Shown piece after piece: positions 15,716-17,225 of a stretch of DNA of 17,225 bases. The DNA lies in contig JAYUGC010000025.1 in the NCBI GenBank assembly GCA_043767805.1, forward strand, positions 1-17,225, in the 5' to 3' direction. The notes beneath the pieces were generated by a model. It saw only the letters and a list, made by a program, of their open reading frames with translations. It ran no database searches and was not told the DNA's origin. The position numbers and the translations under genes were made by a program. Each line of letters begins with the position of its first letter. Positions within the stretch are counted from its first letter, which is position 1. Origin of the DNA: Pseudomonadota bacterium (GTDB lineage Bacteria > Bdellovibrionota > FAC87 > UBA2466).

Positions 15716-16966
15716 ATGAAATCCCGCAACTGGGCTCTTACGGGCTTGGCCGTGCTCGCCGTCTTCCTCCTTTCGTGCCTCTTCTGGATCAACACGAGTG
15801 AGACGGACTTCATCAAGTACCGGTTTCCCGTCGGTAAACCCACGACTGACTTAGGTGAGCTCGCCGCTCTCGAGAAACGAACGAGGGAAATGCCAGGCCG
15901 GGCGCTCGATCTCTCGGACCTTGCGCTTCGCTACGTCAACCAAGCCCGTTCGCAGGCGAACCGCTCTTACTACGAAAAGGCGGAGCAAGCCGCGAAGCTT
16001 TCTCTGCATTTCCTTTCCGTATCTAATGCAGCCGCGCACGTAGCCCTCGCTAAGGTAAACGAGGCCAATCATCGTTTCGAAGAAGCCCTTGCGGAAGCGA
16101 AGTCCGGCTTGAAGGCCTCTCCGGAATCCATCGGGGCCTGGTCCGTTTTGGTCACGTCTCATCTCGCCCGTGGAGACGTCGAAGAAGCCGCCGCCGCCGC
16201 CGACAAGCTTGTCACCCTTCGGCCCTCCACCGGACATTACGCTCTACGCGGCCTCACCTTGCTCGGTCAAAACCGAGAAGAGGAGGCTCTTTTCAATTTC
16301 CGGAAAGGATTCTCCGTCGAAGAAGCCGGCAACCGCGGGGAGTCGGCCTGGTCGCGGGGTCTATTGGGAAGGCATTGGTTTGCCGTGGGCAAATACAAAG
16401 CCTCTGAAAACATTTTGAAGGAAGCGGCGCGTATCGCGCCCGAGTCAGATTTCATCCAATCGCTTCTGGCCGAGCTCTACCTAAAGAAGGGTGACTCGCG
16501 CCAGGCCGAGATTTTCGCCCAGAAAGCGCTGGAGCTTTCTCCTCAGCCACGTTACCTGAGACTTATCTCCCAAATTAAGACCGCGCGAGGAGACAAGAAA
16601 AGCGCCGAAGGCTATCTCAGGGAAGCGGAACATGCCGTCCGAGAAGAACTTTCCAAAAGCCGGCAAGGCCATCGCCTGGAGCTCGCGCAAATCCTTCTCG
16701 AGGGAGGAGGCAAAGAGCGAGCGGAAGAAGCCGTTCGGCTCGCCCGCGAAGAAACGGAGCTTCGCCGTAGCGGAGAGGCCTTCTATTGGTTCGCCCGGGC
16801 CTTCGCCGCTGTCGAAAAATGGCCGGAGGCGGCCACCGCGATCGAACAGAGCTTGAGGCGGGGAGAGAGAATTGCCGAGCGTTATCGCCTCGCCGCCGAT
16901 ATCCAGCGCCACTTGAATCATCCTCCCGGCGCGGCACTCTACGATCGCTTGGCTGACAGAAAATAG
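15716..16966 (+). CDS. Membrane-anchored tetratricopeptide repeat protein
   Basis: N-terminal TM/signal and repeated TPR-like helices (ALAKVNEANHRFEEALAEAK, LAELYLKKGDSRQAE..ALELSP). The stop codon lies inside the group II intron end. Confidence 0.85.
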   Translation: MKSRNWALTGLAVLAVFLLSCLFWINTSETDFIKYRFPVGKPTTDLGELAALEKRTREMPGRALDLSDLALRYVNQARSQANRSYYEKAEQAAKLSLHFLSVSNAAAHVALAKVNEANHRFEEALAEAKSGLKASPESIGAWSVLVTSHLARGDVEEAAAAADKLVTLRPSTGHYALRGLTLLGQNREEEALFNFRKGFSVEEAGNRGESAWSRGLLGRHWFAVGKYKASENILKEAARIAPESDFIQSLLAELYLKKGDSRQAEIFAQKALELSPQPRYLRLISQIKTARGDKKSAEGYLREAEHAVREELSKSRQGHRLELAQILLEGGGKERAEEAVRLAREETELRRSGEAFYWFARAFAAVEKWPEAATAIEQSLRRGERIAERYRLAADIQRHLNHPPGAALYDRLADRK

Positions 16967-17225
16967 GCATAGGGGCCCCGGCTGATCGCCGGGGAGCCCC
17001 TGCCACACCACCCGGCGTGCGGGTCCGCACCGGGCGGTTCGTAGTGTTGAGGTCACGAAGCCAGCCTTGGAATACCAAGTTGGTCGAAGTGGCGAATGGG
17101 AAAGGCTGCCTTCGAGACCCATGGTCAATTCACTCTTCTCTACGTTCAGCCCTTCGCTGCTTTTCTTTCAGCTACTACGGCCTCGGATGACTTCTCACTC
17201 CATCAGTCTTCTTTTTTTTCTTTCC
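16963..17225 (-). mobile_element. Group IIC intron, 3' part (DIII-DVI), RT ORF internally deleted
   Basis: Minus strand: GAGAAGTCATCCGAGGCCGTAGTAGC..GCGAAGGGCTGAAC (DII/DIII region, about 17197-17144), DV ACCGCCCG-GTGCG-GACC-CGCAC-GC-CGGGTGGT (17038-17007) with CGC triad, DVI with bulged A (16970), and a CCTAT 3' end. Confidence 0.88.
17053..17122 (-). pseudogene. Remnant of group II intron reverse transcriptase/maturase (probable start codons fused out of frame to the last ~18 codons)
   Basis: ATG GGT CTC GAA GGC after DIII. In another frame, AAFPIRHFDQLGIPRLAS* ends at 17053 and resembles class C intron-encoded protein C-termini. Confidence 0.7.

Noticed and set aside
16481..17128. 215-aa and 153-aa minus-strand ORFs as an intron RT
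   Set aside because: No RT motifs (no YADD); they read through DV/DVI and run antisense to the TPR gene, so they are shadow ORFs.

Overview
Bacterial chromosomal region. The protein repertoire (LysM lipoprotein type, orphan RsbRD-N-like histidine kinases, Gly-rich secreted protein) suggests a Bdellovibrionota-like or deltaproteobacterial organism; this is inference. The left end (1-2279) is an AT-richer accessory segment at the 3' end of tRNA-Ser(GCT). It holds two divergent toxin-first RelE/HigBA-type toxin-antitoxin operons, one with a frameshifted toxin, separated by a degenerate copy of the tRNA 3' end (att-like). Next come tRNA-Ser(GCT), tRNA-Arg(ACG) directly followed by its editing enzyme tadA, a DUF4382-like lipoprotein and a Gly-rich secreted protein. 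A BlaI-family repressor is then coupled to a BlaR1-type M56 peptidase fused to a lytic transglycosylase (SLT) domain, with tandem palindromic operators. The rest is tRNA-Ser(GGA), two tandem paralogous orphan histidine kinases, a DUF6174-like protein, a nitroreductase with a GT4 glycosyltransferase, a LysM lipoprotein and a TPR protein. The right end is the 3' part of a group IIC intron on the minus strand whose RT gene has been internally deleted and whose terminus supplies the TPR stop codon. The strongest leads are the BlaI/M56-SLT module, the ORF-less group IIC intron and the tRNA-anchored TA islets.
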